From an uncultured Erysipelotrichaceae bacterium (lineage in GTDB: Bacteria > Bacillota_I > Bacilli_A > RFN20 > CAG-826), in contig CAMVEL010000007.1 in assembly GCA_947166565.1 (NCBI GenBank), positions 7,323 through 71,322 on the forward strand: DNA of 64,000 nucleotides, read 5' to 3'. This document shows, in pieces, positions 43,420-53,135 of the stretch. The notes under the pieces are model-generated. The model saw only the letters and a list, made by a program, of their open reading frames with translations, made no database searches and was not told the origin of the DNA. The position numbers and the translations under genes were made by a program. The number at the start of each line of letters is the position of its first letter. Position 1 is the first letter of the stretch.

Positions 43420-44391
43420 ATGAAGATTGGAACGATTGAATTGGATGGCCCTGTTGTAATAGGGCCGATGGCGGGTGTTACCACCCTAGCATATCGCGAA
43501 TTTATGAAAGGTTTTGGCGCGGGCTTGACCGTGTCAGAAATGATTTCCGATTGCGGCATCGATTATAAAAACGCTAGGACTTTTGAGTATTTGAAAACAA
43601 GCGAAAAGGAAAGACCTGTCGCCTTGCAACTTTTTGGTTCTTCAATTGAATCGTCCACCAAAGCCGTAAAGATAATTGAAGAAAATGCAGAATACGACAT
43701 TCTTGATTTAAACTTCGGATGTCCAGTTCCTAAAGTAACAAAGACCGGCGCCGGAAGCGCTTGGCTATTAAATCCAAAAGCGCTTGGGGAATACGCTGAA
43801 GCAATTGTAAAAACGTCCACAAAGCCAGTTACGGCAAAGATTCGGCTTGGATGGGACGACGATTCAATAAATGTTTTTGAAGTTAGTCATATTTTAGAAA
43901 AAGCAGGGATAGCCGCGATTGCCGTCCATTGCAGGACTAAGGCTCAAGGATATTCCGGAAAAGCTCGTTATGAAGCCATCAAGGGTCTTCAGGACGAATT
44001 ATCGATTCCTTTAATTGTTTCTGGTGATATTTTTGCCGCGGAAGACGCCCTAAGGGCGAAACAAATAACTAATTGCCAAGGCATAATGGTTGCAAGAGGA
44101 GGATTGGGAAACCCTTTCCTTGTGACCCAAATAAATGCCTTGTTTAGAGAAAACAAGATATTGCCAAATCCGAGTCTTTCGGATCAGGTCGCTTACGCGA
44201 AAGACCTAACAGAACGATTGATTAACCTTAAGGGCGAGTATATAGGCGTACGCGAATTAAGAGGACACCTCCCTCATTTTTTCCGTTCCCAAACCGGGGT
44301 CAAAGCCTTTAGGATAAAACTCGCGACCATTTCAACGAAGGAAGAGATCTTCGCTGTATTCAATTCGATATTGCGGAGTGTAAAAGAATGA
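43420..44391 (+). CDS. dus: tRNA-dihydrouridine synthase
   Basis: 323 aa with Dus TIM-barrel motifs (PMAGVTTLAYREF, DLNFGCPVPKVTKTGAGSAWL, the catalytic Cys region, KIRLGWDD). Confidence 0.85.
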   Translation: MKIGTIELDGPVVIGPMAGVTTLAYREFMKGFGAGLTVSEMISDCGIDYKNARTFEYLKTSEKERPVALQLFGSSIESSTKAVKIIEENAEYDILDLNFGCPVPKVTKTGAGSAWLLNPKALGEYAEAIVKTSTKPVTAKIRLGWDDDSINVFEVSHILEKAGIAAIAVHCRTKAQGYSGKARYEAIKGLQDELSIPLIVSGDIFAAEDALRAKQITNCQGIMVARGGLGNPFLVTQINALFRENKILPNPSLSDQVAYAKDLTERLINLKGEYIGVRELRGHLPHFFRSQTGVKAFRIKLATISTKEEIFAVFNSILRSVKE

Positions 44392-44864
44392 GGGCGGAAC
44401 ACGGTTTTCCTCCTCTTTTTGATAAAGAATCGACCGTTTTGATATTAGGCTCTTTTCCAAGCGTTGCTTCTAGAAAACAAGAATTTTTCTATGGGCATCC
44501 TCAAAATCGTTTTTGGAAAGTGCTAAGTCTATGTTTTAATGAGGAAACCCCAAAATCAATCAAAGAAAAGATCTCTTTTTGTAAAAGAAACCATATAGCT
44601 TTGTATGATTCGATAGAATCTTGTGAAATCATCGGTTCCAGTGACTCCTCTATTACTGATGTCAAGCCAGCTGATTTAAGCGAAATCTATGACACGTCCC
44701 CTATAAAATTAATAATATTTAATGGTAACGCAAGCGAGAAATGGTTCAAAAGATACCAAAGCGTTCCTGAAGGGATTGAAGAAATCAAAATGCCTTCTAC
44801 TTCTCCAGCAAACGCTGCTTTCAGCCTAGAAAAGCTGGTTCAAGAATGGAAAAAGGCTTTTTAA
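44388..44864 (+). CDS. Uracil-DNA glycosylase superfamily protein, Mug/TDG-like (annotated in relatives as DNA-deoxyinosine glycosylase)
   Basis: 158 aa. The segment LILGSFPS ... YGHPQNRFWKVL parallels the Mug/TDG GINPG ... NRFWKV motifs. It overlaps the dus stop by 4 nt. Confidence 0.55.
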   Translation: MRAEHGFPPLFDKESTVLILGSFPSVASRKQEFFYGHPQNRFWKVLSLCFNEETPKSIKEKISFCKRNHIALYDSIESCEIIGSSDSSITDVKPADLSEIYDTSPIKLIIFNGNASEKWFKRYQSVPEGIEEIKMPSTSPANAAFSLEKLVQEWKKAF

Positions 44865-44899
44865 GTCTATTTTTCTTTTCTTGAAAAGAAACTAAAAAG

Positions 44900-45385
44900 G
44901 TGGATAATAGTTCGGTGCCGAACAATATGAATGTCATCGATCGGGAAAAATCAATTAGAAGGAATCTGAATTCCTTGGTAAAAGTCTCTTCCAAAAGCGT
45001 GGGGGCTTACCTTTCAAGTAATCTTCCAACCGATTTAACCGAATCCGAATACATCCTCCTTGGATACATTTCCCTAAACGAAGGCAAAAGTACTTGCGAT
45101 ATAGCTTCGTCGATGGGCCTTGCCAAGGGAACTGTATCAGAAACAATCAAATCTTTGATTGAAAAAGGATTCGTTTTTACAAAACGGTCTGAAAACGATA
45201 AGCGCAGATTTTTTCTTTATCCTACCGAAAAAGCCAAGAAAAGGCATGAGGATGTTAAAACCTGCTTTAAAGAGATAGACAATTCGTTTGAAAAGGGGAT
45301 TACCACGGAAGAAAAAGAGATTTTTATCCGCGTATTAGAGAAAATAGAAAACAACATCGTTGAAGGAGGGAAAAATGGCCAGTGA
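44900..45385 (+). CDS. MarR family transcriptional regulator
   Basis: Winged HTH LTESEYILLGYISLNEGKSTCDIASSMGLAKGTVSETIKSLIEKGFV. The ORF-track start is a GTG inside the SD, so the real start is probably the ATG at 44927. Confidence 0.75.
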   Translation: MDNSSVPNNMNVIDREKSIRRNLNSLVKVSSKSVGAYLSSNLPTDLTESEYILLGYISLNEGKSTCDIASSMGLAKGTVSETIKSLIEKGFVFTKRSENDKRRFFLYPTEKAKKRHEDVKTCFKEIDNSFEKGITTEEKEIFIRVLEKIENNIVEGGKNGQ

Positions 45386-47228
45386 AGAACAACGCATCCT
45401 CGAAGAGGTCGATAAGAAAAATCGGGCCGAAATCGAGAGATTAAAGGGCGTACATGTTATCAAAACCCTTAAGCAATACGCGCGTGGATATTGGAAACAC
45501 GCGGTATTGGCTTGGGTGCTTTGCGTGGTGGAGGTCGGATGCGAAATCGCAATACCCTTCCTTGCGCAATTCATTATCAATTACATAAACATGATGGAGG
45601 GGACCGTAACATTTACGGACCCAATGTCGACGAATTTGGCTTTAACTAGCTCCATTATGGCTACTTTGGCGGTCATTAGCGCTACTTGCGGAATAGTTGC
45701 GGGGTTTGCCGCGGCCAAAGCCTCGGCGGGATTTGGCAAAAACCTTAGACAAGCAATGTTCTATAAGATACAAACCTTCTCCTTTGCTAACATTGATAAA
45801 TTCTCGACCGCCTCTTTGGTAACTCGCCTTACAACGGACGTCACCAACGTCCAATTTGCCGTTCAGATGATTTTGAGACTGGTCGTGCGCGCGCCTCTAA
45901 TGATCATATTTGCCTTCTCCATGGCCGTCTCCATTTCTTGGCAGCTTAGTTTGGTATTCGTGGCTGTTGTTCCTCTTTTGGCCTTTGTCTTGTTCTTTAT
46001 TGCCATTAAGGTTCACCCAACTTTTGTAAAAGTGTTTAACGCATACGACGATTTAAATGCTTCAGTTGAAGAAAACCTCAACGGAATACGTGTTGTTAAA
46101 AGCTTTGGCAGAGAGTCTTTTGAAACCGAAAAATTCGGGCATGTCTCCTATTTTATTTATAAGAACTTCGTCCATGCCGAGAAGATTCTCGCTTTTAATG
46201 ACCCTTCGATGCATTTAGCGGTTTACGCGTGCATGATCGTTATAGCTTTCTTCGGGGCAAGAATGATTGTTTCGACAGGAAACGCCCAAACCGGCTTTAC
46301 CGAGGGTAACTTAACTTCTTTGATTTCGTATATCATGCAAATCATGATGTCATTGATGATGATTTCCATGGGATTCGTCATGATTATCATTTCCAGAAAC
46401 TCCGCCGAACGTATTTCCGAAGTATTGATTGAAGAACCATCTTTGAAAAACAAAGAGAATCCAATTATGGAAGTCCCAAATGGTCAAGTCGACTTTGAGA
46501 GTGTCGGTTTTAGATATAACGCAAAATCGGAAAAAGAAGTCTTAGAAAACATCAATGTTCATATTCCTTCTGGGTCGGTTGTTGGCATAATCGGTGGTAC
46601 GGGGTCCTCAAAATCTTCTTTTGTTAATCTAATTGCTAGACTTTACGACGTTAGCAGAGGAGCAGTTAAGGTTGGAGGGAACGATGTTAGGGATTACGAC
46701 CTACACGCATTGCGTGATTCGGTAGCAGTTGTCTTGCAGAAAAACGTTTTGTTTAGCGGGACCGTGCGCTCAAATTTACTTTGGGGTAACAAAGATGCAA
46801 CAGACGAAGAAATAAAACATGCCGCTAAACTTGCCTGCGCAGATGAATTCATTGAAAGGATGCCAAAAGGCTACGATTCGCCTATAGAACAGGGTGGCAC
46901 TAATGTGTCTGGGGGCCAAAGGCAAAGGCTTTGTATAGCTAGAGCCCTTCTAAAGAGCCCCAAAATATTGATTTTGGATGATTCTACGTCCGCGGTTGAT
47001 ACCCATACGGATTCGTTGATCCGCGCCTCTTTCAAGACAGAGATTCCAAACGTTACCAAGTTTATTGTTTCTCAACGCGTCCTTTCCATTAAGGATGCAG
47101 ACTTAATTTTGGTCTTTGATAAAGGCCAAATCGTGGGCATGGGTAAGAACGACGATCTCATCAAAACCTGCCCAATCTATAAAGAACTGCATGAGACTCA
47201 ACTGGGAGGAGGTGATTTCGATGAATAA
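45375..47228 (+). CDS. ABC multidrug exporter subunit (TMD-NBD half transporter), first of a heterodimeric pair
   Basis: Six TM helices, then an NBD with Walker A GGTGSSKSS, signature VSGGQRQRLCIARAL and Walker B ILILDDSTSAVD. The start ATG at 45375 is preceded by SD aaggaggg. Confidence 0.85.
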   Translation: MASEEQRILEEVDKKNRAEIERLKGVHVIKTLKQYARGYWKHAVLAWVLCVVEVGCEIAIPFLAQFIINYINMMEGTVTFTDPMSTNLALTSSIMATLAVISATCGIVAGFAAAKASAGFGKNLRQAMFYKIQTFSFANIDKFSTASLVTRLTTDVTNVQFAVQMILRLVVRAPLMIIFAFSMAVSISWQLSLVFVAVVPLLAFVLFFIAIKVHPTFVKVFNAYDDLNASVEENLNGIRVVKSFGRESFETEKFGHVSYFIYKNFVHAEKILAFNDPSMHLAVYACMIVIAFFGARMIVSTGNAQTGFTEGNLTSLISYIMQIMMSLMMISMGFVMIIISRNSAERISEVLIEEPSLKNKENPIMEVPNGQVDFESVGFRYNAKSEKEVLENINVHIPSGSVVGIIGGTGSSKSSFVNLIARLYDVSRGAVKVGGNDVRDYDLHALRDSVAVVLQKNVLFSGTVRSNLLWGNKDATDEEIKHAAKLACADEFIERMPKGYDSPIEQGGTNVSGGQRQRLCIARALLKSPKILILDDSTSAVDTHTDSLIRASFKTEIPNVTKFIVSQRVLSIKDADLILVFDKGQIVGMGKNDDLIKTCPIYKELHETQLGGGDFDE

Positions 47229-49149
47229 GAGACCAAAATTGGATTTTAAGACTACCATGTCATTGTTTTTCCGCCTTTTAGGTCGTATGTTTAGGGGCCA
47301 CCCCGTCATGTTTTTGCTTTGCATCCCGACAATTATCGTCGGGGTTGCGGTTCAATCAATCGGCGCTTTGTTCATTGGTCAAATTTTGATTAACCAGTTC
47401 ATTGAACCATCAATTGCCGCTGGCAGATCGCCAGATCAAATTGTTGGCGTAGTTAACTTGTTTGGGAACGCCATCGAAGTAAGCCTTCTAACTGCCGTTT
47501 TGGCAATGGCAAGCTTATATCTTTTGGGTGTGGTGTGCGTCTTCCTTTATCGCGTTATGGCTTGCATTGTTGGACAATCTGCCCAAATGGGTATCCGCAA
47601 CGAGCTGTTTGAGAAAATGGAAAGCCTCCCATTAAAATATTTTGATACGCGCATACACGGGGACATAATGTCCGTTTATACAAACGACGTTGATACGTTG
47701 CGCGAATTAACCTCAAGGGTCCTTCCAACCGTTGTGCAAATGCTATTTGCCATGCTTATCGCGTTAATTACGATGATTTCGACGGGTTCATGGCCTTTGC
47801 TCTTGGTGGTCTTAGGTTTCTTTGTCGTTATTCTTACGACGATTACAATCGTAACAAAACAGTCTTCAAAATATTTCATTGCCCAACAAAGAATTCTTGG
47901 TCAGACAAACGGTTATATTGAGGAAATGATATCCGGGCAGAAGGTTGTTAAGGTCTTTAATCATGAAGAAGAGAACAAGGAAGGGTTTGACAAGCTCAAT
48001 GAATCGTTGTGCAAAAACGTCACTAAATCCTCTCAGTTCTCGTCTATTCTTGGTCCAATCACCAACAACCTAAGTAATTTGATGTATGTCGTGCTTGCTT
48101 CCGTTGGAGCCGCCGGAATCTCTGCAGGAATTGATGGTTTATCCATCGGGACCATCGTTTCCTTCCTTTCTTTAGGGAGAAGCTTCATTATGCCAATTGC
48201 CCAACTTGCGAGCCAGATCAATATGATTATAGTCGCGATGGCGGGCGCACAACGTATTTTTGCCATGATCGATGAAACGCCCGAAACAGACCAAGGGTAT
48301 GTTTCTCTCGTTAATGCGAAAAAAGGTCCTGATGGTCAGCCAGTTGAAGTCGAAGAAAAAACCGGACTATGGGCGTGGAAACATCCGCACACAGATGGTT
48401 CTGGAACGACTTATACATGGCTTGCCGGGAAAATAACTATGGATCACGTAGACTTTGGATATAACAAAGAGAAAATAGTTCTTCATGACGTCTCTTTATA
48501 TGCCAAACCAGGACAAAAAGTTGCTTTTGTGGGTCCGACAGGGGCGGGCAAAACCACGATAACGAACTTATTAAACCGTTTTTACGATATAGAAGACGGA
48601 AAGATTCGTTTCGATGACATCAATATAAACAAGATCAAAAAGAAAGATCTCCGCAGGGCCATGGGGATGGTTTTGCAAGATACGAATCTTTTTACCGCGA
48701 CGGTTAGGGAAAACATTCGTTACGGAAACCCAGATGCTACTGATGAAGAAGTCGAAAACGCAGCAAAATTAGCAAACGCAGACGGATTTATCAGAATGCT
48801 CCCAGAAGGATATGATACAGTCTTAAGGTCCGCTGGAGCAGACTTGTCACAAGGTCAAAGACAATTACTATCCATTGCCCGTGCGGCTTGTGCAAATCCT
48901 CCGGTGTTGATTCTCGATGAAGCTACTTCTTCAATCGACTCAAGAACAGAGAAGATTGTCGCAAAGGGAATGGACGCCATTATGGAAGGCAGAACTGTCT
49001 TTGTCATAGCCCACCGCTTGTCCACCATTCAAAACAGCAACGTCATCATCGTTCTCGAGAACGGTCATGTCAGCGAGAAAGGCAACCATGAGCAACTGCT
49101 GGCAGCCAAAGGGAAGTATTACCAGCTTTACACGGGTGGAAAGCAGTAA
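47221..49149 (+). CDS. ABC multidrug exporter subunit (TMD-NBD half transporter), second of the pair
   Basis: Walker A GPTGAGKTT, signature LSQGQRQLLSIARAA and Walker B LILDEATSSID. The start ATG at 47221 overlaps the upstream stop by 8 nt. Confidence 0.85.
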   Translation: MNKRPKLDFKTTMSLFFRLLGRMFRGHPVMFLLCIPTIIVGVAVQSIGALFIGQILINQFIEPSIAAGRSPDQIVGVVNLFGNAIEVSLLTAVLAMASLYLLGVVCVFLYRVMACIVGQSAQMGIRNELFEKMESLPLKYFDTRIHGDIMSVYTNDVDTLRELTSRVLPTVVQMLFAMLIALITMISTGSWPLLLVVLGFFVVILTTITIVTKQSSKYFIAQQRILGQTNGYIEEMISGQKVVKVFNHEEENKEGFDKLNESLCKNVTKSSQFSSILGPITNNLSNLMYVVLASVGAAGISAGIDGLSIGTIVSFLSLGRSFIMPIAQLASQINMIIVAMAGAQRIFAMIDETPETDQGYVSLVNAKKGPDGQPVEVEEKTGLWAWKHPHTDGSGTTYTWLAGKITMDHVDFGYNKEKIVLHDVSLYAKPGQKVAFVGPTGAGKTTITNLLNRFYDIEDGKIRFDDININKIKKKDLRRAMGMVLQDTNLFTATVRENIRYGNPDATDEEVENAAKLANADGFIRMLPEGYDTVLRSAGADLSQGQRQLLSIARAACANPPVLILDEATSSIDSRTEKIVAKGMDAIMEGRTVFVIAHRLSTIQNSNVIIVLENGHVSEKGNHEQLLAAKGKYYQLYTGGKQ

Positions 49150-49247
49150 TTATTTCTAACTTTATATGAAAATATATAAGGAAGAGAAAAACTAGTATAA
49201 TAACGCATTATTTACAAAACAAAATATAAATTCCTTAAATATATTCT

Positions 49248-49278
49248 AAAAAGCGCCGAATAAAAGGCGCTTTTTTCA
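49248..49278 (+). terminator. Intrinsic (bidirectional) terminator after the ABC exporter pair
   Basis: aaaaagcgccgaataaaaggcgctttttt: a 6-bp GC stem flanked by an A-run and a T-run. Confidence 0.6.
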
Positions 49279-49565
49279 ACAACTTATGGCTATAGATGAT
49301 TATAGTTGTTTCTCGATGGCCCCTCGGCATGGTGATGGCTGACATAAGGGCAGAATTCGATCGTTCAGAGAAAAAACCTGTGTGGTTTTTTGAAGGCATT
49401 TTAACCAACTGTAAACCCAAAAAATGAATAATGACAATTTTTTATATTGAGCAAATAGTTAAAATGATGAATGGTTGGGCTCCTTCTCAAACTTGGCCAG
49501 AAAATAGGTCTCTTTTCTTTGTAAACTAATTCCTTTTAAGTAAACTAAAATGTATAATTAGAATT

Positions 49566-50531
49566 ATGAATATCTTAAATATAGTTAATATCGCTGAAAG
49601 CCAATTTAAAAAGACTAAATCACTATCAAGTGCCTTAAAAGGTTATTACACCTTCACCAAAGGGGTTTATTATGGGGCTTCTTTTGTTATAGCGAGGGCC
49701 ACAACTTCTTTTTCCCTTGACGAAATTCGGGCACATTATGCTGAATTGTCTGAATCTTTTGACCTTCCTGTTTGCCTTTATTTGCTTTCTAGCTCCTCTT
49801 ACGCCATTAAAGCTTTGGCAAGAGACGGTATACCCTTTTATGTTGAAGATCGCTTTGCCTACATTCCTTTTCTTTCCATGCTCGGTAAAAAGAAGAACGA
49901 AAAGAATTTGACTAATCCGAAAAAACTATCGATGGTTTGTCAACATTTTGTTTTGTATTGCATGTTCAACGATATTCGATCCGTTTCGGTCACCAAGGCG
50001 TCTGAACTTATTGGATTATCGAAAATGTCGCTTTCCAAAGCTTTTGACGAACTCGAATCCTTGCAACTTCCCGTTAGAGAGGAAGGGAGAGTAAGGCTTT
50101 TTAGATGGGATCTTCCATGGGGCAGTTTGTTAAAAATTTTGCTCCCGAAAATGACGTCCCCGGTTAAAAACGAATATCGCTTGTCGGAAAAGATCGATCT
50201 ACCGAATTCTTTCTTGTCTGGCATCTCGATGCTTGCGACCAAAACTCAACTTGGCGATAACAATTATCAGACTGTTGCTGTAGCAAAAAATAAAGAAACC
50301 ATCGATAGAATTCAAGAAATTGAGGTTGTTCCATATTTTGAAAAACCAGCGCAAATTATAACTACGATGAGCTATGTTGTTTCCTATCAAAATGAAACTA
50401 CAATTGACCCTGTTTCCGCCTGGCTTTCCCTTCCGGACAATTATTTTGAAGACGCTCGCGTTGTCTTTGAAGTGGGGAGATTGTTCTCGAGGGTCATAGA
50501 TGGCTGGGAGGCTTCGTGGCCGCTTAAATGA
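49566..50531 (+). CDS. Hypothetical protein with a central winged-HTH-like segment, encoded in an AT-rich island
   Basis: 321 aa; the central segment SVTKASELIGLSKMSLSKAFDELESLQLPVREEGRVRLFR resembles a wHTH. No other family signature was recognised. GC content is clearly below that of its neighbours. An extended -10 (tgtataat at 49550-49558) lies only 7 nt before the ATG, and there is no SD, which suggests a leaderless mRNA. Confidence 0.5.
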   Translation: MNILNIVNIAESQFKKTKSLSSALKGYYTFTKGVYYGASFVIARATTSFSLDEIRAHYAELSESFDLPVCLYLLSSSSYAIKALARDGIPFYVEDRFAYIPFLSMLGKKKNEKNLTNPKKLSMVCQHFVLYCMFNDIRSVSVTKASELIGLSKMSLSKAFDELESLQLPVREEGRVRLFRWDLPWGSLLKILLPKMTSPVKNEYRLSEKIDLPNSFLSGISMLATKTQLGDNNYQTVAVAKNKETIDRIQEIEVVPYFEKPAQIITTMSYVVSYQNETTIDPVSAWLSLPDNYFEDARVVFEVGRLFSRVIDGWEASWPLK

Positions 50532-50608
50532 CTATATTTGCATTTACCGCGTTTAAAAAACGCGCGAAATGCTGTATCCTTCTTTAGCCCTATTTAAGGA
50601 GTTTGCCG

Positions 50609-52093
50609 ATGGAAGAAAAAATGAATGATCAAGAATTAGCCCGCTTCAATAAGCTGGAAAGATATAAAGAACTTGGCGTCGATCCCTTTGGGAAGCGTTA
50701 CGAATGGAAAGACAAAATTGCCGATATTCGTGCTCAATACGGCGCTTTAAGCGATGAAGAACTTAGCGAAAAGCAGATTACTGTTAACGTTGCCGGAAGG
50801 CTAATGGCCATCCGCTTAATGGGCAAGGCCAGTTTTGTCAATTTAAGAGACGATACTGATGCCATCCAAGGTTGGATTGGACTCAACGTTGTCGGCGAAG
50901 AAGGCTATACGGTTTTTAAGCTTGCTGATACGGGCGATATCGTTGGTCTTGAAGGCACGCTCATGCGTTCTAGAACAGGCGAGCTTACCATCAGAGTTAC
51001 CAAGTTCACCCACATCTCCAAATGCCTTAAGCCACTCCCAGAAAAGTATCATGGCCTAACCGACACCGAAGAGAGGTATCGCCACCGTTACTTAGACATG
51101 ATCATCAACCCAGAGTCCAGGAGAATCGCGGTTTTACGTTCTCATATCGTTTCGGAAATCCGTCGTTATTGTGATGCCCTTGGCTTCTTGGAAATCGAGA
51201 CTCCGATTCTCTCGCCAATCGCAGGGGGCGCGGCCGCTAAACCATTCATTACTCACCACAATGCCCTCGATAAGGATTTCTATCTTCGCATCGCGACCGA
51301 GTTAAACCTAAAAAAGGCAATGATTGGTGGCATTGACCGCGTCTATGAAATCGGGCGCATCTTCCGCAACGAAGGAATCGATACCCGCCACAATCCGGAA
51401 TTCACCACCATTGAGCTTTATCAGGCTTATGGGGACCTCCGTTCCATGATGGAATGGACCGAAGGTCTATTCAAAGACGTCTGCGAGAAGGTTTTGGGCC
51501 AAGACAAAATCACTTGGGGAGAGGTCGAGATCGATTTCTCCAAACCCTTCCGTTCCATCTCCATGGCCGAAGCCATTTTGGAAAAAACCGGCATCGATTT
51601 CCGTGAAGATATTCCATTTGAAAAGGCCGTCGAACTAGCTAAAGAACACAAAGTTCCTCTTCAAAAAACATGGAATTCCACCGGTTATATCATGCAGGCA
51701 TTCTTTGACGAATTCGTTGAGAAGACGCTTATCCAACCGACCTTTATCCATACATACCCAATAGAGGTTTCACCATTAACCAAGAAGACCGAAGATCCAA
51801 GATTCGTTGACCGTTTCGAACTCTTTATCGGTGGGTTTGAGTTTGGCAATGCTTACTCTGAACTCAATAATCCCTTTGACCAGCTTGAAAGATTCGAAGC
51901 CCAACTTGCCGCTAGAGATCGTGGAGATGAAGAGGCTAACGATATCGACAATTCCTTCCTTGATGCCATGCGTTATGGCATGCCTCCAGCTGGTGGAATT
52001 GGTGTCGGTATTGACCGTATGTGCATGCTTTTCTGCAACGTCCAAAACATTCGAGAAGTCATCCTCTTCCCAACGATGAAAGACGAAAAATAA
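50609..52093 (+). CDS. lysS: Lysyl-tRNA synthetase (class II)
   Basis: It has an N-terminal OB anticodon-binding domain and class II motifs (FRNEGIDTRHNPEFTTIELY, GGIGVGIDRMCM). I placed the start at the ATG at 50609, with SD AAGGAG 7 nt upstream; the ORF-track start was a TTG at 50603. Confidence 0.9.
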   Translation: MEEKMNDQELARFNKLERYKELGVDPFGKRYEWKDKIADIRAQYGALSDEELSEKQITVNVAGRLMAIRLMGKASFVNLRDDTDAIQGWIGLNVVGEEGYTVFKLADTGDIVGLEGTLMRSRTGELTIRVTKFTHISKCLKPLPEKYHGLTDTEERYRHRYLDMIINPESRRIAVLRSHIVSEIRRYCDALGFLEIETPILSPIAGGAAAKPFITHHNALDKDFYLRIATELNLKKAMIGGIDRVYEIGRIFRNEGIDTRHNPEFTTIELYQAYGDLRSMMEWTEGLFKDVCEKVLGQDKITWGEVEIDFSKPFRSISMAEAILEKTGIDFREDIPFEKAVELAKEHKVPLQKTWNSTGYIMQAFFDEFVEKTLIQPTFIHTYPIEVSPLTKKTEDPRFVDRFELFIGGFEFGNAYSELNNPFDQLERFEAQLAARDRGDEEANDIDNSFLDAMRYGMPPAGGIGVGIDRMCMLFCNVQNIREVILFPTMKDEK

Positions 52094-52118
52094 AAGCCAA
52101 AAAACAATTATAAAAACA

Positions 52119-52156
52119 AAAAGCAGTTTTGGGTAAAACTCAAACTGCTTTTTTGT
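52119..52156 (+). terminator. Intrinsic terminator after lysS
   Basis: aagcagttt-tgggtaaaactc-aaactgctt followed by tttttg. Confidence 0.6.
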
Positions 52157-52216
52157 CAATTTATTTCGGATTTTTATTTGTAAATGATGCTATTTTTGAA
52201 CTTCTTTCAGAAGTCG

Positions 52217-52245
52217 TTGATTATCGTCGTTTACATCACTATAAT
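52217..52245 (+). promoter_or_regulatory. Putative sigma-A promoter of the rpsF-ssb-rpsR operon
   Basis: -35 TTGATT (52217-52222), a 17-nt spacer, and -10 TATAAT (52240-52245). A leader of about 100 nt follows, containing a CCTCC anti-SD-like segment (about 52305) ahead of SD AGGAGG. Confidence 0.55.
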
Positions 52246-52350
52246 ACCAACGCTCTCTTCCGAAGGAAAAGAGGCGCATGACTTCTATGGTCGCACGGGT
52301 TCCCTCCCGAGGCGATCCGATTAGTCCGAAACTAGGAGGTGCAAAAGATT

Positions 52351-52638
52351 ATGGGAAAGTACGAGATTATGTACATCCTCTCTGCCGAACTCGACGAAGC
52401 CGCTCGTAAAGCAGAGATCGAGAAGCTCCACGGCATTCTTACCAACGATGGTATCGAAGTTAAGAACGTCAATGAGTGGGGAGTCCGTGATTTTGCCTAT
52501 CCGATCAAAAAGCAGACCAAAGGCTACTATGTCGTCGTCAAAGTTGCTGGCGAAGCCGAAGGCCTCAAAGAATTTGATCGTTTGGCCAGGTTGGATAATG
52601 CCGTTATTCGGTTCCTTATCACCGTCGACAAAGAATAA
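52351..52638 (+). CDS. rpsF: 30S ribosomal protein S6
   Basis: The N-terminus MGKYEIMYIL is of the S6 type. I placed the start at the ATG at 52351, 11 nt after SD AGGAGG; the ORF-track start at 52339 is a GTG inside the SD. Confidence 0.9.
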   Translation: MGKYEIMYILSAELDEAARKAEIEKLHGILTNDGIEVKNVNEWGVRDFAYPIKKQTKGYYVVVKVAGEAEGLKEFDRLARLDNAVIRFLITVDKE

Positions 52639-52658
52639 CACCTGTAGGAGGCAATATT

Positions 52659-53105
52659 ATGCTTAATTCCGTAGTGCTCGTTGGCCGCTTAACCCGCGAC
52701 CCAGAACTCCGTAAAACTCCGAACGGCTCTAGCGTTGCGAGTTTCCGCTTGGCTAGTGACGATTCCTTCTCGAAGAATGGAACAGAAAAAACGACAATCT
52801 ACATTGACGTTACAGTCTTTGGAGCCCGTGCTGACACCGTTGCGAAATATATGCGCAAAGGAAGCATGGTCGGCGTTACAGGTCGCTTAAGCCAAAGAAA
52901 ATACGTTTCCAACAAAACCAATACTGAGGTTACCGTGACAGAAATCATCGCCAACGGCGTTGAATTCATTGGGCCTAAGGCCCAAGACGCTGACGACTCT
53001 GGTTATCAACCAGACGTTCCAGCGCCATCTGCCCCGGCCACCCAGGTATCTGAATCATCCAACCTTGACGGGGTTGATATCGTCGACGACGACCTCCCCT
53101 TCTAA
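52659..53105 (+). CDS. ssb: Single-stranded DNA-binding protein
   Basis: 148 aa with an OB fold (MLNSVVLVGRLTRDPELRKTPNG) and a C-terminal acidic tail ending DDDLPF. Confidence 0.9.
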   Translation: MLNSVVLVGRLTRDPELRKTPNGSSVASFRLASDDSFSKNGTEKTTIYIDVTVFGARADTVAKYMRKGSMVGVTGRLSQRKYVSNKTNTEVTVTEIIANGVEFIGPKAQDADDSGYQPDVPAPSAPATQVSESSNLDGVDIVDDDLPF

Positions 53106-53135
53106 GGAAGGAACATTAAGAAAGGACAAACAAGA

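Noticed and set aside
49280-49440. Possible tRNA or small structured RNA in the AT-rich intergenic region
   Set aside because: There is no T-loop (GTTCRANYC) or acceptor-stem pairing. There are only short AT-rich inverted repeats such as aaaaaacc-tgtgt-ggtttttt, which are too weak to call.
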